The notes under the pieces are model-generated. The model saw only the letters and a program-made list of their open reading frames with translations, ran no database searches and was not told the origin of the DNA. From a virus (Duplodnaviria > Caudoviricetes), in IMG/VR virus record IMGVR_UViG_3300042808_000046, positions 1-26,572 of that record: a stretch of 26,572 nucleotides of DNA. The stretch is one strand, 5' to 3'. Shown one piece after another: positions 17,486-26,572 of the stretch (its first letter is position 1; each line of letters begins with the position of its first letter). Both the position numbers and the translations under genes were made by a program.

Positions 17486-17845
17486 ATGATAACTGAAACT
17501 GAATACGAAGTTTATTTTGGGAGTGATACTACTCCCTCTAATTTTACAAGACTTGAATATCTAGCGCTTAAATTAATCAAAAGTATAATAACAAGTGATA
17601 TACCTGCTGAAACTGATGATAATTATCAAGACTTTGTTAATGCTCTGTGTGAGCAAATATATTTTTTAGAACAAAATAGCGATTTATTAGAAGATAGTGG
17701 CTATGGTGCTAATTATTCTTTAGGTAAATTTAGCGAAAGTGGTTCAAGTTCAACAAGACAAACAAGTGAAATAATAAAAAGAATAAGTCCTAATACATAT
17801 ACAATTTTATTAGATATAGGATTGTTATATGTAGGGTTATGCTAG
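17486..17845 (+). CDS. Head-tail connector (adaptor)
   Basis: AAGGAG RBS, ATG 17486; MITETEYEVYFG, ALCEQI, YSLGKFSES, GLLYVG. Confidence 0.8.
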   Translation: MITETEYEVYFGSDTTPSNFTRLEYLALKLIKSIITSDIPAETDDNYQDFVNALCEQIYFLEQNSDLLEDSGYGANYSLGKFSESGSSSTRQTSEIIKRISPNTYTILLDIGLLYVGLC

Positions 17846-17854
17846 GAGGCTCTT

Positions 17855-17989
17855 ATGTTAAAGTTTAAATTAGGCGCAATAATAAGAGAAGTCCCAGAGG
17901 GTGCTAGGAAATGGTATGAAATCGCAGGTTGGAAAGAATTGAAGGTGGTTAACAATGATAAAACCAATACCAAGAATAAAACTACCTAA
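17855..17989 (+). CDS. Small hypothetical protein, 44 aa
   Basis: AGGAGG RBS; MLKFKLGAIIREVPEGARKWYEIAGWKELK... Confidence 0.55.
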   Translation: MLKFKLGAIIREVPEGARKWYEIAGWKELKVVNNDKTNTKNKTT

Positions 17990-18290
17990 TACAGCCGTAT
18001 ATAAGGCTTATTTAGGTAATAATGGCGAGGGAGATACTTGGAATACAGCAGTTACATTATCGTACGTTAAAATAGAAGATTTAAAAAGATTTTCATATTC
18101 TAATAACGGTCGTGAGTTAATAGGCAATGCAATAATGTTTTATGATTTAGTAAGTTCAACAGGACTGACAAACGAGCCAATTATAAATAGTAAAATAGAA
18201 TTTAATAATCGCGAATATAGAATTGTAGACCTTGAAATATTAAATGCTGATAGTTCAACACCTCATCATTACGAAATTACATTAAAATAA
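17955..18290 (+). CDS. Head closure protein (A118 'minor capsid' type)
   Basis: MIKPIPR...PHHYEITLK; gene order. Confidence 0.75.
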   Translation: MIKPIPRIKLPNTAVYKAYLGNNGEGDTWNTAVTLSYVKIEDLKRFSYSNNGRELIGNAIMFYDLVSSTGLTNEPIINSKIEFNNREYRIVDLEILNADSSTPHHYEITLK

Positions 18291-18631
18291 TGAAAAGTTT
18301 TGATAGTTTTAGTAAGGCTTTCAATTATATAGAAAACAACCTAAAAAAAAGTACCGAAAAAGCACTTGAAACAATAACAGAACAAATTTATAAAGATAGT
18401 AGAGAATTTACATATTTAGATAGTGATACAATGTACAAAAGTGGCTTAACTAATAGTGATTTTAAAAATGGAATTATTATTTTAAGAAGTCCGTACGTTA
18501 GAATTAGATATTATGTAGATGCTCGAGGTAAAAAGAATAAAAAAGCAAGGATTAAATGGTTTGATGCTACAAAAAGAAAACACATTAAAACATATAAAAA
18601 AATGCTTGCTCAAGCAATAGGAGGTAAATAG
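18290..18631 (+). CDS. Neck / tail completion protein
   Basis: SPYVRIRYY...KWFD pattern; gene order. Confidence 0.72.
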   Translation: MKSFDSFSKAFNYIENNLKKSTEKALETITEQIYKDSREFTYLDSDTMYKSGLTNSDFKNGIIILRSPYVRIRYYVDARGKKNKKARIKWFDATKRKHIKTYKKMLAQAIGGK

Positions 18632-19027
18632 ATGAATACAGAAAAATTTATAACAGCAATACGAACAAAAATAATTGCTGACACAAGTTTAACAACTGCA
18701 TATTCTCCTGATTTACCACAGTCAGTAACAAATACTTGTGCTGTAACTCTTGAAAACGGAAATATAAGCAATAATTTATGTAATGAGATAGATTATTATA
18801 CTTTACAATTTAGAGTGCTTATTTTAGGTAATATGAGCGATACAGATACAAGGAAACTAGCGGATGAAGTATTTAATACTTTACATTTGCTTAAAAATTA
18901 TAGTTTTACAGATGGTAAAATAATAAATATATATGCAACAGGAACACCAGTTTTTGTGGGTAGAGATGAAAATCAAAATATTTATTATGATATCAACTTT
19001 GAAGCTAACGTAGAAAGCGAGGAATAA
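18632..19027 (+). CDS. Tail terminator protein
   Basis: PVFVGRDENQNIYYDINF C-terminus; directly before the major tail gene. Confidence 0.75.
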   Translation: MNTEKFITAIRTKIIADTSLTTAYSPDLPQSVTNTCAVTLENGNISNNLCNEIDYYTLQFRVLILGNMSDTDTRKLADEVFNTLHLLKNYSFTDGKIINIYATGTPVFVGRDENQNIYYDINFEANVESEE

Positions 19028-19029
19028 AA

Positions 19030-19476
19030 ATGGAAGGTAATGCAACAAACTTCGAAGTTCTAATTGATATATCTGCAACAGAAACACCAGCATACACAAA
19101 ATTATGTGTTACAAACATATCTCATGATAAAGGCGAAAGTTTAGATACTTGGTTTGATTTATGCTCTAAATTTGCAAATAATGAAATAGTAGCATATGAT
19201 CCTACTTTTGGATTAACTTTTAAATTCAAACAAGATGATCCTGCTAAACAATTCGTTTTAGGTAAAGAATGGGCAACTGGGGCAGCAGCAACTGCAGCAA
19301 TAAGAATAGTTAATAAATTAAAAGGTGCGAATGGAAAACAAATAGACTTTGTAGGTTTATTTACTAATATAACATATGAAGCTGAAACACCAACAATTCT
19401 AGAAGTAACAACAGATGTTAAAGTTAATTCAGGAACTACTTTTGTAGAAAGTGATTATGCTACACCATCAATTTAG
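19030..19476 (+). CDS. Major tail (tube) protein
   Basis: 148 aa; DPAKQFV segment; lies before a terminator and the chaperone genes. Confidence 0.8.
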   Translation: MEGNATNFEVLIDISATETPAYTKLCVTNISHDKGESLDTWFDLCSKFANNEIVAYDPTFGLTFKFKQDDPAKQFVLGKEWATGAAATAAIRIVNKLKGANGKQIDFVGLFTNITYEAETPTILEVTTDVKVNSGTTFVESDYATPSI

Positions 19477-19482
19477 TTAAAC

Positions 19483-19511
19483 GGGGGCTTAATTGCTCCC
19501 ATTATTTTTTT
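19483..19511 (+). terminator. Rho-independent terminator after the major tail gene
   Basis: GGGGGC-TTAATT-GCTCCC followed by ATTATTTTTTT. Confidence 0.6.
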
Positions 19512-19525
19512 AGGAGGAATGAAAA

Positions 19526-19963
19526 ATGTTAAGTATTAATACAAGAAAATATGAAATTGAAGAAGATATATTATTAAATAATGAAGATGAAAGCAAAGAA
19601 TTATTTAGATTTACAATGAAACTTACATCTGATGAGTTAAACAAACTAAATAAAGCGCTGTTAAATAAAGATACTCTAAAACTTGCTAATAAAATTAAAG
19701 ATATCGAAAATGGCGAACTTAATGAAGAAAAAATTGATGAGGTTTTTGAAATTACATCTAAAATGAATGAAGAGACTTTTAAATTAATTGGGGAATTATG
19801 TTTTAAAGAAAATAAAGAAAAATTTATTGAGATAGGTGGAGAAGTTAAATACATCCAAATGGTTGAAATGATAAGTGATTTTTTGTTAATAAATATTATG
19901 AAGAACAATCAAAAACGTGTAAATACTATGAATTCAGAGCTAACGAAGATTACGAAGAATTAG
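19526..19963 (+). CDS. Tail assembly chaperone (gpG-like)
   Basis: AGGAGG RBS; between major tail and tape measure; contains a slippery site at 19879. Confidence 0.8.
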   Translation: MLSINTRKYEIEEDILLNNEDESKELFRFTMKLTSDELNKLNKALLNKDTLKLANKIKDIENGELNEEKIDEVFEITSKMNEETFKLIGELCFKENKEKFIEIGGEVKYIQMVEMISDFLLINIMKNNQKRVNTMNSELTKITKN

Positions 19964-20532
19964 ATGCACTTCAAATTGATAACGAACAAATAAAATTAAA
20001 CTTAACATTTAAAAGTGTTATTAAATTATTTCATTTATTTGAAATGAAAATATCTGAAGAATTTAAAATAACTAAAGCACTTGAAATATTAAAAATAAAA
20101 ACTGAAATATCATATGAAACAAAACAATTTTTGTTAAATGAAATAATAAAGTATTTATTTAATACTAAATACAAAACAAAAACAGAAAAACAAGTATTTG
20201 ATTATGAATATGATTATAAATATTACTTTTATGACTTTTTAAAATTAGGAATTAACTTAAATAAAGATGATATTTCGTGGTGGGAATTCGATAGTATTTT
20301 GGGTGGTTTATTTTTAGAAAAACACAGTGCAATAGGACAAGTAATTCAATATAGAACATATGAAAAACCTACTAAAAATCAAAAAGTAAATGAACAAAAA
20401 GAAGAGGTATTTTATAGAGAAAAGAAAAAACAATATGAGTTACCTAAAGTTACTTATAATATAGATGAAGGTCTTTCAAAACTTTGGGGATATGCAGAAA
20501 GTCAAGTTAAGAAAGTAGGTGATGACTTATAA
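19879..20532 (+). CDS. Gp15-family tail chaperone extension (gpT-like), probably made as a -1 frameshift fusion (about 335 aa from 19526)
   Basis: Frame is open from 19879, directly after TGA 19876-19878; no clear RBS at ATG 20044; FDYEYD...GINL...ISWWEF Gp15-type motif. Confidence 0.75.
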   Translation, partial: FFVNKYYEEQSKTCKYYEFRANEDYEELDALQIDNEQIKLNLTFKSVIKLFHLFEMKISEEFKITKALEILKIKTEISYETKQFLLNEIIKYLFNTKYKTKTEKQVFDYEYDYKYYFYDFLKLGINLNKDDISWWEFDSILGGLFLEKHSAIGQVIQYRTYEKPTKNQKVNEQKEEVFYREKKKQYELPKVTYNIDEGLSKLWGYAESQVKKVGDDL

Positions 20533-22256
20533 CTGATGCAGAAATTATTTTAAAACTTAAATTAGATACTAATAAGGCTGAAAGTGGTATTTCGGCACTA
20601 CAATCTAAAACAGAAAAATTACAAAAATCCTTTGATAAGGCTGGAACAATACTTACTACAGGATTAACAGTACCTATAGCTGGATTAATTGGTATTGGTG
20701 TTAAATACAATATGCAAATAGAAAATTTTTCAGCAAGTTTAACTACTTTGCTAGGAAGTGCTGAAAAAGCACAAAAAATGTTATCAGATTTACAAGAAAT
20801 GGCTAAAAAAACACCTTTTGAAACAGGAGATTTATTAAAATCAACTCAAATGATGCTAGCTTTTGGAATAGAAGCTAATAAAACTAAAGATTATCTTCAA
20901 GTATTAGGAGATATTTCAATGGGTGATTCTGTTAAATTAGAAGCATTAACAAGAGCATTTGGACAAATGGGTGCTTCTGGTAAAGCAAGTATGGAAGATA
21001 TAAATCAAATGGTAGACCAAGGATTTAATCCACTTTTATATATATCAAAACAAACAGGCGAAAGTATGAGCGATTTAAGAGATAAGGTTTCTAATGGTAA
21101 GGTTTCTTTTAATGAAATAGCAAAAGCAATGCAATTTGCTACGAGCGAAGGACAACCATTTTTTGAAAGCATGGATAAAGCTAGCGAAACAACAACTGGT
21201 AAAATAAGTTCTTTAAAAGATGAATTTGGTAAAGCAACTGGAGAATTAACAGATAACTTATTACCTGTAATTACAGATTTAGTTGATAAATTTTCGCAAT
21301 TAGCATCACAATTTAATGAATTAGAACCTGAAGACCAAAAAAAAATATTAGATGCACTTTTAGTATTAGGTTCATTAGGTCCTATTCTTTTAGTTGCAAA
21401 TGGATTAATAACAGCATTTAGTACTTTATGGGGAATAATGGCTGGATTAGGTGGTGCAATGAATGCATTTGGAACATTTGTATTATCTATGGGAGGTACA
21501 ATAGGCAGTGTTTTAGCTGGAGTTGGTAGCGCTGTAGCTGGAGTTTTAGCAACTATTGGTGGTGGAGTAGTAGCTATTGGAGCTATATTTGCTGCAGGAA
21601 TAGCATTAATTGTTGCCGGAATAGGATTTGCTATTTGGTATGCAGTCTCAAATTGGGAAGCTTTTACAACAGGACTTAAATATTTATTTAATATGACAGT
21701 AAATTTTATAAAAAATATATTTGTTAGTATAGGTAATTTTATTGGTGGAATAGCTTCTTGGATTGCAAATATATTTATGGGAGCTTTTAATGCAGTTGTA
21801 AATGGTGCAAAATGGATGTGGAATACTATAATTGGATTTGTTGGTTCAATAGGTGTAGCAATAGGAAAAGCAATTTGGGGAACTATAAAAGGTATAGTAA
21901 ATGGAATACTATATATAGCTGAAACAACAATAAATGGATTTATTAATGGGCTTAATAATGTTATTAGCCTTATAAATAAAATACCTGGTGTTGGTATTGG
22001 CTCAATTAGTACATTAAATATACCAAAACTTGCAACAGGTACTAATAATGTTAAACGTGAGGGATTAGCATATTTACATTCAGGCGAAGCAGTTGTACCT
22101 AAAAAATACAATCCTGCAGTCGGTGAATTTAATAATAATAATCAAAATATAATAATTAATATTCAAAATAATATGACACGAGATAGTTTGGGACAACTTG
22201 TAAATGATATAAAAACATTTTCGAATGGATCTAAATTAAGTTACCAAGGAGGCTAG
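20529..22256 (+). CDS. Tail tape measure protein, about 575 aa, apparent ATA start
   Basis: Tape-measure domain (AKKTPFET, EDINQMVDQG), periodic W/F repeats, C-terminal IPKLATG...AYLHSGEAVVP. Frame is open upstream of ATG 20712 to ATA 20529, which has an AGGTGA RBS. Confidence 0.9.
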   Translation: MTDAEIILKLKLDTNKAESGISALQSKTEKLQKSFDKAGTILTTGLTVPIAGLIGIGVKYNMQIENFSASLTTLLGSAEKAQKMLSDLQEMAKKTPFETGDLLKSTQMMLAFGIEANKTKDYLQVLGDISMGDSVKLEALTRAFGQMGASGKASMEDINQMVDQGFNPLLYISKQTGESMSDLRDKVSNGKVSFNEIAKAMQFATSEGQPFFESMDKASETTTGKISSLKDEFGKATGELTDNLLPVITDLVDKFSQLASQFNELEPEDQKKILDALLVLGSLGPILLVANGLITAFSTLWGIMAGLGGAMNAFGTFVLSMGGTIGSVLAGVGSAVAGVLATIGGGVVAIGAIFAAGIALIVAGIGFAIWYAVSNWEAFTTGLKYLFNMTVNFIKNIFVSIGNFIGGIASWIANIFMGAFNAVVNGAKWMWNTIIGFVGSIGVAIGKAIWGTIKGIVNGILYIAETTINGFINGLNNVISLINKIPGVGIGSISTLNIPKLATGTNNVKREGLAYLHSGEAVVPKKYNPAVGEFNNNNQNIIINIQNNMTRDSLGQLVNDIKTFSNGSKLSYQGG

Positions 22257-22259
22257 ACA

Positions 22260-23744
22260 ATGAATATAGTAAGAATATACATAGCAAATCAAGAAGTTTG
22301 TTGTTCTAACCAAATAGAAATTAATGAAGAAGTTTTAAACACTTCTTCTGTTATTTTAAATAAAGTACAACTTATAAATGATAGATATACTTTTTATATG
22401 CCAAAAGATTACTCAAATTGCAAAATTTATATAGATAACGTGTTGAAATTTAACGGTATTATAAAAAACAGTGGAGATGTTATTTTAAATCCAGCAAAGC
22501 CAAAATTTATTGATTTACAAGTTTTAGATTATAAATGTTTGTTAAGTGAAGGTAAAAATTTAGACTTTGTTATAGTAAATAAAACAATAACAGAAGCAAT
22601 AAATCAAGTAGTAGATTATATTAAAGATTATGGATTTGAAGTTGGTACAATAAATATAACAAATGATACTATAATTGGTGCATATTCAACTTTAGACAAA
22701 GCACCTTATGATATGTTTCAATATTTGGCTGAAATTAGTGAAAGTATCTGGAGTACTAGAGTTATAGATGAAGATACAATTGCTATAGATTTTATTAGCA
22801 CTGATTTATTAACTACAAGTAAAACAATAGAATTTAATGAAAGTTATTTTATTGCTAATAATATTGAGAACATACAATATAGTTTTGGCACACGAGATTA
22901 CCGAAATAAGCAATTTATTTTAAGTGATAATGTATATGCTAGCATAGATACAACAGAGTTAGTTTTAACAGATGGATTTACTAAAAATTTCTTATTACAA
23001 AATAATATTGCTGAAATAAAAAGTATAACTATTGATGATACAATTTATAGTTTTGCTACAAATACAGAAAAAGATTTAGGAATTTATGCAGATTTTTATT
23101 ATACTCAAGGTAATAACTATATTGAAACAAATATTGATGTTATACCATCCGGAAATGAAATAATTGTAATATATACAGCTTTGGTTGATGGAAGACAAGT
23201 TTCACAAAATAGGGATGAAATCGAACGTATTTCTTCACAAATTTTAAGAAATGGTGAAATAACAAGATATGAAAACAGAAATGATATAACAACACAAAGT
23301 GAGTTATTAGCAACAGCAAATTCTATTATAAAATATAAAGGAATACCTGAAATTAATTTAACAGTAATAACAAGAAACAATGATTTGTTAAATGTGGGCC
23401 AAAAAGTAGTATTTAATATAGAAGATCTAAATTTAATTGATTTAAAAACGGATTATTTAGTTAAAACTAAAAAAACTTTAATAACAGCAAATGATACAGA
23501 TACATTTATTCAATATACTTATGAATTAAGTTCTAATTTTAATGCTGAAAATGTAATTAATTATTTTGATAATCAAAGAAGAAAAAGAAAAGGTAATCTC
23601 GACAAAGGTAAATATATAACAAGAAATATAGATATAACTAATACAGCAACTATTCTATTTGATAATTTTGAATTAAGAGAGATAGAAGTTTTAGGAAATA
23701 ATACATTAGATGCTAATTTAGATTTCAATTTTAAAGAGGTGTAA
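22260..23744 (+). CDS. Tail tip / baseplate hub-type protein
   Basis: 494 aa, beta-rich, directly after the tape measure; GGAGG RBS. Confidence 0.65.
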   Translation: MNIVRIYIANQEVCCSNQIEINEEVLNTSSVILNKVQLINDRYTFYMPKDYSNCKIYIDNVLKFNGIIKNSGDVILNPAKPKFIDLQVLDYKCLLSEGKNLDFVIVNKTITEAINQVVDYIKDYGFEVGTINITNDTIIGAYSTLDKAPYDMFQYLAEISESIWSTRVIDEDTIAIDFISTDLLTTSKTIEFNESYFIANNIENIQYSFGTRDYRNKQFILSDNVYASIDTTELVLTDGFTKNFLLQNNIAEIKSITIDDTIYSFATNTEKDLGIYADFYYTQGNNYIETNIDVIPSGNEIIVIYTALVDGRQVSQNRDEIERISSQILRNGEITRYENRNDITTQSELLATANSIIKYKGIPEINLTVITRNNDLLNVGQKVVFNIEDLNLIDLKTDYLVKTKKTLITANDTDTFIQYTYELSSNFNAENVINYFDNQRRKRKGNLDKGKYITRNIDITNTATILFDNFELREIEVLGNNTLDANLDFNFKEV

Positions 23745-23745
23745 T

Positions 23746-26572
23746 ATGACAGATGAATTTAAAGAAAAAACTTTAAAATATTTGACTGGTAATTTAGTAA
23801 GTGAAATCAAAAGTAATAAATCACAAGTTTTTAATGAGCAAACAAAAGTACCTGAATTTTGGGATAGTGAACCTATTTTAAATAAAAGAGAAGATATGTT
23901 TGTATTTTATGCTAATAATATTATAACTCTTACAGATTTGAATTTTAAAGTAATAGCAACAATTGATAAATACTCAACTGGAACTAATATAGAAACTATA
24001 GAATACTTAAATTATGATGAAAATGGTTATTTTTACGGTATAGATATTAAAGGCACTGATAAAAGATTTGTTTTATTTAATGATTTCACTGTTCCAGACA
24101 TTAATCGGAGAATATAAACTTGTTTTAAGAAAAAGTTATATAACACCTCTAGATTTAATTGATAATGCTGATATAAAACACGCTTATAATTTTAAAATAT
24201 ATAAAAAAAATTCTTCTGCAAAATATATTTTAGTAGGTGGATTAACTTCTACTTATGAAGTATTAATAGCTGAAATAAATATAAATGTTGGAAGTGAAAC
24301 AGAATTTATATATAATAAATATAATATAACTAATTTTAATAGTATATATGATAACAATGTAGAATTTCTTGAAAATGACTATAATGTTCGTATTAGTTGT
24401 ATTTGTAATAAAACTTCTGAAGAAAATCAAAAATATAAAGAATTTATAAAAATAGATAACACTACATTAGAAGAAAAAATCTTTATAAATTTAAATGATT
24501 ACGTAGATATAATATCTATTGGTGGAATAAATAATATTATTCTTAATCAAAATGAAAGTTATATTACTATTTATTTTAGTCCTGATTCAGAACTAGGTAC
24601 TAACGCGCAAATACTTCTTTATCATATAGAAAATAATATATCTACATTAATTTTGTCTGAAGATTTAGGTACTGAAGTATTCCCTGAAACAAAATTAAAA
24701 TATAAAGATGAAAATATTTATTTTTTAAAAGAATATGCAGATGTTTCAATAAACAACACATCTAGATTAGAATTAGCTAGAATAAATAATAATGATGTTT
24801 CTAATATTTATATATTAGAAAATGGTGATTATTCAAATGCGGTTTTATTTTATATTTTTAATGTATATAACTTGTTTGATTATGTTTTTATTAATGGCAC
24901 TAGAGATGAGATAAAAACAGTACAAGAAATTTATAATCAATTTAATTATAACGGTTTAGATTATGAAAATGAAACAAGTTTAATACCTAATTCTAGTATA
25001 TTAAAAAATAATGATGATGTTATATTCGCTAGAAATTTATATAATAAAACTATAAATAATAACGAAACCGTTTCTACATTAGAAATACAAAATTATTACT
25101 TAAATGATATAGATATAACACAACAAAAATTATTAAGTTTAACTAATACTGAATTAGTAGATAATACTGAAACTATAAATAAAAATATATATGAACGCGT
25201 TTTGTTAAACTTTGTAAATATAATAAAAATTAAAGATAATGAAACAAATACTTTATATGCAAATGGCGCAAGTAAATTAAACTTTAGTATAAATACCGAT
25301 AGTCAATATGAAAATGGTAAAATAGGCAAAATAAAAATAATATATACAGATGATACATACGAAATGAAAAATATAACTAATATAGATATAACAAATAATA
25401 TTGCTACAATCGAAAGTTTATTTTATGCTTATAAAGTACCTAAACAAGTACAAATATTAAGCAATGATGAAACTGCTATATATTTAACTAAAGATTTAAC
25501 TACTGCTAAAATACAAAAAACGGCAACAGGCACAGACATAACAATAATAGATGCAGAAGATAGTATTGCAACGATAAAAAAAATAACAGGAAATAGTAAA
25601 CAAAATACAAGTACTGCTAATAAACAATTATTTGATAAAAACAGAGCAATATTGGGTGCTTTTATAGATCGTAATACTGGTGGATTAGTAGCATTTGCTA
25701 CTGCATATTTTAGTGATTATATACTTGTTAATTCTTCTACTGCTTATAAATTTAGTGGTAATGAACAACCTACTAATACACCTTACGCTTGGTATGATAT
25801 AAATAAAACATACATAAGTGGTGGGTTAAACGTTACTAATGCTTTAACTTCACCATCTAACGCACGATATATTAGATTTACTATAAATTCAAGTGTTGGA
25901 TTACCAAATGTACAATTAGAACAAGGAACAATTGCTACAAGTTATATAGCTTTTAATCCTGAAAGCCCAAGTGTACCATATCCAAGCACAATAAATAATG
26001 CTATAAATACTAAAAATAATAATTTTTCAACATCTTTTTGGCAAATAGTTAATATTGGATTAGGTTATCCAGTAGATGGAACAGGAAATGTAACAATTAA
26101 TAGTAGTACAACAACTAGTGCTAATATAACTACAACTACTACATTTAAAGGTGTAAGATCTGATTATTTTCCAATTATTGCAGGAAAGACATACACTGTT
26201 AAAGCAATATTAAATAGTATATCTGCTGGATTACGTTTTTTTGTTACAACATATAATAGTAGTAAAGTAAGATTAACAACAATTGGTAGTTCTGTTGGTG
26301 TTAATTGGTTAAATGCCAGAACATTTATAGCAACAGAAAATGGATTTGTTACTGTCGCATTTGCTAGTACAGTAGCAACAACTAATATGATATGTAATTC
26401 TATTGTTTTAATTAATGAAACAGACAACATACTAACGTTAACTTCTAGTAATGGTATAAATACTAATAATTACCCTATAACATTACCAAATTACGCAGAA
26501 TTACCTAAATTAACTAATGGAACTGAAGATACAATAGAAATTATAGATAATGTTATGAATTATGTTAAAAGA
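23746..26572 (+). CDS. Large tail / receptor-binding protein, at least 942 aa with one +1 shift at CGG 24106; runs off the right edge
   Basis: ORF 23746..24117 stops 3 codons after CGG. The +1 frame from GGA 24107 shows no stop by manual translation, and the ORF track lists no closed + ORF there. Contains WYDINKTYISG, PSNARYIRF and VQLEQGTIATSY segments typical of Firmicute phage tail carbohydrate-binding modules. Confidence 0.8.

Noticed and set aside
21005-22111. 368-aa minus-strand ORF
   Set aside because: Antisense shadow of the Gly/Ala/Ile-rich tape measure region, with no RBS or recognisable motifs. The same applies to the other minus-strand ORFs right of 4200 and to 456..791 (+).
6256-24109. 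CGG reassigned to another amino acid (Trp or Gln)
   Set aside because: Reading CGG as any triplet leaves the ribosome in a frame that stops within 3-20 codons; only a 4-nt step restores the proteins.
1-26572. Genome-wide stop-codon reassignment (TAG=Gln or TGA=Trp)
   Set aside because: TAG and TGA end genes at sensible places next to the following RBS or start, Trp is encoded by TGG, and only one internal TAG was found.

Overview
Very AT-rich segment of a tailed dsDNA phage or prophage of a low-GC Firmicute. It uses standard stop codons (TGA ends genes, TGG = Trp) and has a siphovirus head-tail module resembling Listeria phage A118. Left to right: a leftward early operon (small acidic proteins, an RHH-like regulator, an ERF recombinase); back-to-back sigmaA promoters; an Xis/Cro-like HTH gene; a replisome organizer with internal origin repeats; a DnaB helicase; small ORFs; a strong promoter followed by about 450 nt of densely structured non-coding DNA and an initiator tRNA-fMet; a sugar-modification cluster (PseB/CapD-like dehydratase and two glycosyltransferases); terminase, portal, minor capsid, scaffold, major capsid, connector and neck genes; major tail, G/GT chaperone, tape measure and tail-tip genes, the last running off the right end. 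No integrase, CI-like repressor or lysis genes are visible. The main observation is that all four in-frame CGG codons I found (6256, 6692, 11463, 24106) break their gene, and each gene is repaired by skipping the single C so that GGN (Gly) is read in the +1 frame. At three sites this restores a Gly inside a family-conserved motif, which points to a systematic CGG-triggered +1 recoding rule. There is also an in-frame TAG at a conserved Trp of the replication initiator, an ATA start for the tape measure gene and a classical -1 tail-chaperone frameshift. All calls come from reading the sequence by eye; no searches were run.
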